A stretch of DNA of 64,000 nt from Microthyrium microscopicum (lineage: Eukaryota): the NCBI GenBank assembly GCA_010405405.1, contig MU004243.1, forward strand, positions 367,340-431,339, read 5' to 3'. Made by a program: the position numbers and the translations under genes. The number at the start of each line of letters is the position of its first letter. The stretch's first letter is position 1. Of this stretch, positions 61,760 through 64,000 are shown piece after piece. The notes beneath the pieces were generated by a model that saw only the letters and a program-made list of their open reading frames with translations, was not told the origin of the DNA and did no database searches.

Positions 61760-62701
61760 TGCTTATAGCCCTATAGGATAGAGCAGTGACAGGTCTTGAG
61801 ATATCCCACCCTTGACTTATTGGATGTTGTTCTTTGGGAGATACCTTTTCATGACTCATTATAGCCATGGATAGAGAGACATGAAGCAAGAAAGAGGGGT
61901 AGACAGACCTACAGTAATAAGTTTGTCCGGTGAAGAACTTGGTCGAAGCACTGAGGTTGCAATAGCCCCCGATACATGTACTATTGGCACTTGTTCGCAA
62001 TACATTTTTTTGGGCAGACAATCAATCTCGCTGATCTAGCTGTATGAGCAGTTATGCTGATGCTCATTTTGGTCAATCAACTTTTTTATCAATCACTGGT
62101 GCCTATCAGCCAAAGCGTTGGACTTTCAGCCTATTTACGAATAGCAAGTTGGCCCACCCGCCGTTGAGTTGCACGCTACCCTTTTTCTTTAAAACTGAGA
62201 CCTGCTTTGTGGTCGTGGCACACAGTATACTTGATTGCTTCAGCCAGCCAGTTTCTTGCAACCCTTTCATATTCATTATGGTCGGTCGTTCCAACCAAGC
62301 AAGTCACCGCAGCCTGTCGAATACAATGTGAAATCGTGGCTCCTTTTAGCAGACTCGTTGTTATCTGATCGTTAACTTGAGGCACCTCAAATCTCGGCAG
62401 AGGAATTCAAGTATGTTCGTGGGCATTGCGGTTTCGTGAGCACCTTTGAGGACGAATCTGGTTTGCGATCTATTGAAGAGCTGCTAAAGACCATTCCTAC
62501 TGTTCAAGACATGGTTCCGGTTTGAGCTAAGGTAATAATCTCATCGTGTGCGACTTTGTAAGAAGTAATTTCCCTATTTAGAGCTAGAGTTCAGTTATAA
62601 CAGCTTTCATATGCTTGGCAATGCAGTGTCACTCTTATCATTGTTCGGGCTACTTTGCAGACAGCAGCTGAAAACTTCTCGAAAACTACAGGGCGCAGCA
62701 A

Positions 62702-64000
62702 TCAAGCCGAGTTCAACAATGCATCCAAGACAGCCGGCATACCACTCTCCACCTTCTTAACCACTTCGGGCAACATCTCTGTCAACTCCTTCGCACTTCC
62801 TGTCCTCACAGCCCATAGCTCACCTCCCGCAGCAGCCTTCGCAATGCCTCCATAATCTGGGCTTGGATCGAAATCAAGATTCATATCCTTCCTCGAAGCC
62901 TTACTCGCCATGCCTTCTGGATGTACCAACAACAACGAGCGCCTTGGTGCATGCCAGCCCTTGTTGTTCAATACCACCGTCAGCACAGGAATTTTGTACC
63001 TTCTTGCAATCCAGTAGACGCTGCCGGGCACACTGAACAAATACGAGCCATCGCCAACGATCTGGCACACAAAGCGAGGACGCTCAGATGCCTTCATAGA
63101 GGCAAGTTTGATACCGAGAGCTGCGCCGCCGCTCCAGCCAAGACCGCCGCCGCCACAGTTGAGCCAAGTGCCGGGGAGGGTGCATTGGAGTTGGTCGGCG
63201 CAGACAAGAGTTTGGGTGACGGCTTCGATGACCCATATTGTGTCCTTTGGAAGATGTTGGCGTAGCTGGGCGACTAAGAAAGGTGTGTCGTAGGTGTCAT
63301 TGTCAGTAGGTTTGGCGACGTCGGATATGCTGGTCAACAGAGCTTTGTAAGAATTGTCGCGGGCTTGACGACGCTCCGAGTAAGCGGAGGATGATAGGGT
63401 GGTAGTGAAGGAGCTCTCGGATTTGATGTAGGAGGTGATTTGGTTGATGGAAGCGGCGGCATCGGCCTTGTAGCGAGCGAGTGCGTTGATATAGAAGACT
63501 GGCTGTTGCTGTTTCAGCGGATCGACGTCGATGTGGTAGATTTTTGCATCGCTGTTTGGTATATTTTGGGTATTGATCCAGGGGACGTCGCAGTCAAGGA
63601 CGAGGATGACATCGGCTGTGGTGATAGACTTGTCTACACTGAATCGTGTACTGAGCCAGCCCCTGCGAGTAAATGTTAGTGATGATGTGGGTTGATGGCC
63701 AGTGGACTTACGGGTGATCAGCTGGGAAACACATATCGCAGCCACCAGTATCCAGGACTCGAAGTCCTGATATAGTATCGGCGAGTTTGACTAGCTCGCA
63801 AGGGCAGGACTGATCTCGACCAGAATAGCCAGTTACAATCAATGGCTCTTTTGCATTCACCAAAGCCTCCGCAATCATCTTCACTGCAGATATGGGTAAA
63901 GCACCAGATACAACTGGTGTCCAGTACCGTTGATCAAGTTTGTATGGCTTAATGTCCTCTTCCATCGGCTCTCGAGCGCCATACAAATATACTGGACCTT
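62702..64000 (-). CDS. Thiamine-diphosphate-dependent enzyme (acetolactate synthase-like family), 5' end outside the window
   Basis: PLIVTGYSGR, ADVILVLDCDVPW, GGGGLGWSGGAALG and the ThDP motif GDGSYLF...VLNN. Intron about 63664..63712. Confidence 0.9.

Noticed and set aside
1..64000. Transposons, RIP-degraded AT-rich blocks, tRNA or rRNA genes
   Set aside because: No transposase or RT motifs, terminal repeats, strongly AT-rich tracts or cloverleaf-like sequences were recognised by eye. A tRNAscan/Infernal run would be needed to exclude small RNAs.

Overview
Gene-dense, intron-containing eukaryotic DNA from a filamentous ascomycete (Pezizomycotina-type genes, short GT-AG introns with CTAAC/CTGAC branch points). 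I can support about 32 protein-coding genes. Housekeeping genes include mitochondrial ThrRS, MIA40, an OM14-like protein, CysRS, RPS7, UBA4, NDUFAF5 and a FYV7-like protein. Other recognisable genes are a HET-C protein, an SDR, a GST, an MFS pump, a GT31-like enzyme, a metallophosphoesterase and a TPP enzyme. The best candidates for new biology are: (1) a compact putative phloroglucinol/DAPG (or phloretin) catabolic cluster made of a C2H2-MHR transcription factor, a PhlG-family C-C hydrolase, a small conserved protein and a phenol-type FAD monooxygenase, with a repeated SYGGRG-containing 17-mer; (2) a secreted, catalytically dead GH18 class III chitinase-like protein whose barrel is interrupted by a (VAAPALP)n repeat and a KR site; (3) two spliced small secreted Cys-rich genes not recovered by the ORF track, one encoding a Kex2-processed 36-aa knottin-like peptide. 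No rRNA, tRNA, CRISPR array or transposon was recognised. Family assignments come from motif recognition only, with no database search, and exon boundaries were read by eye.
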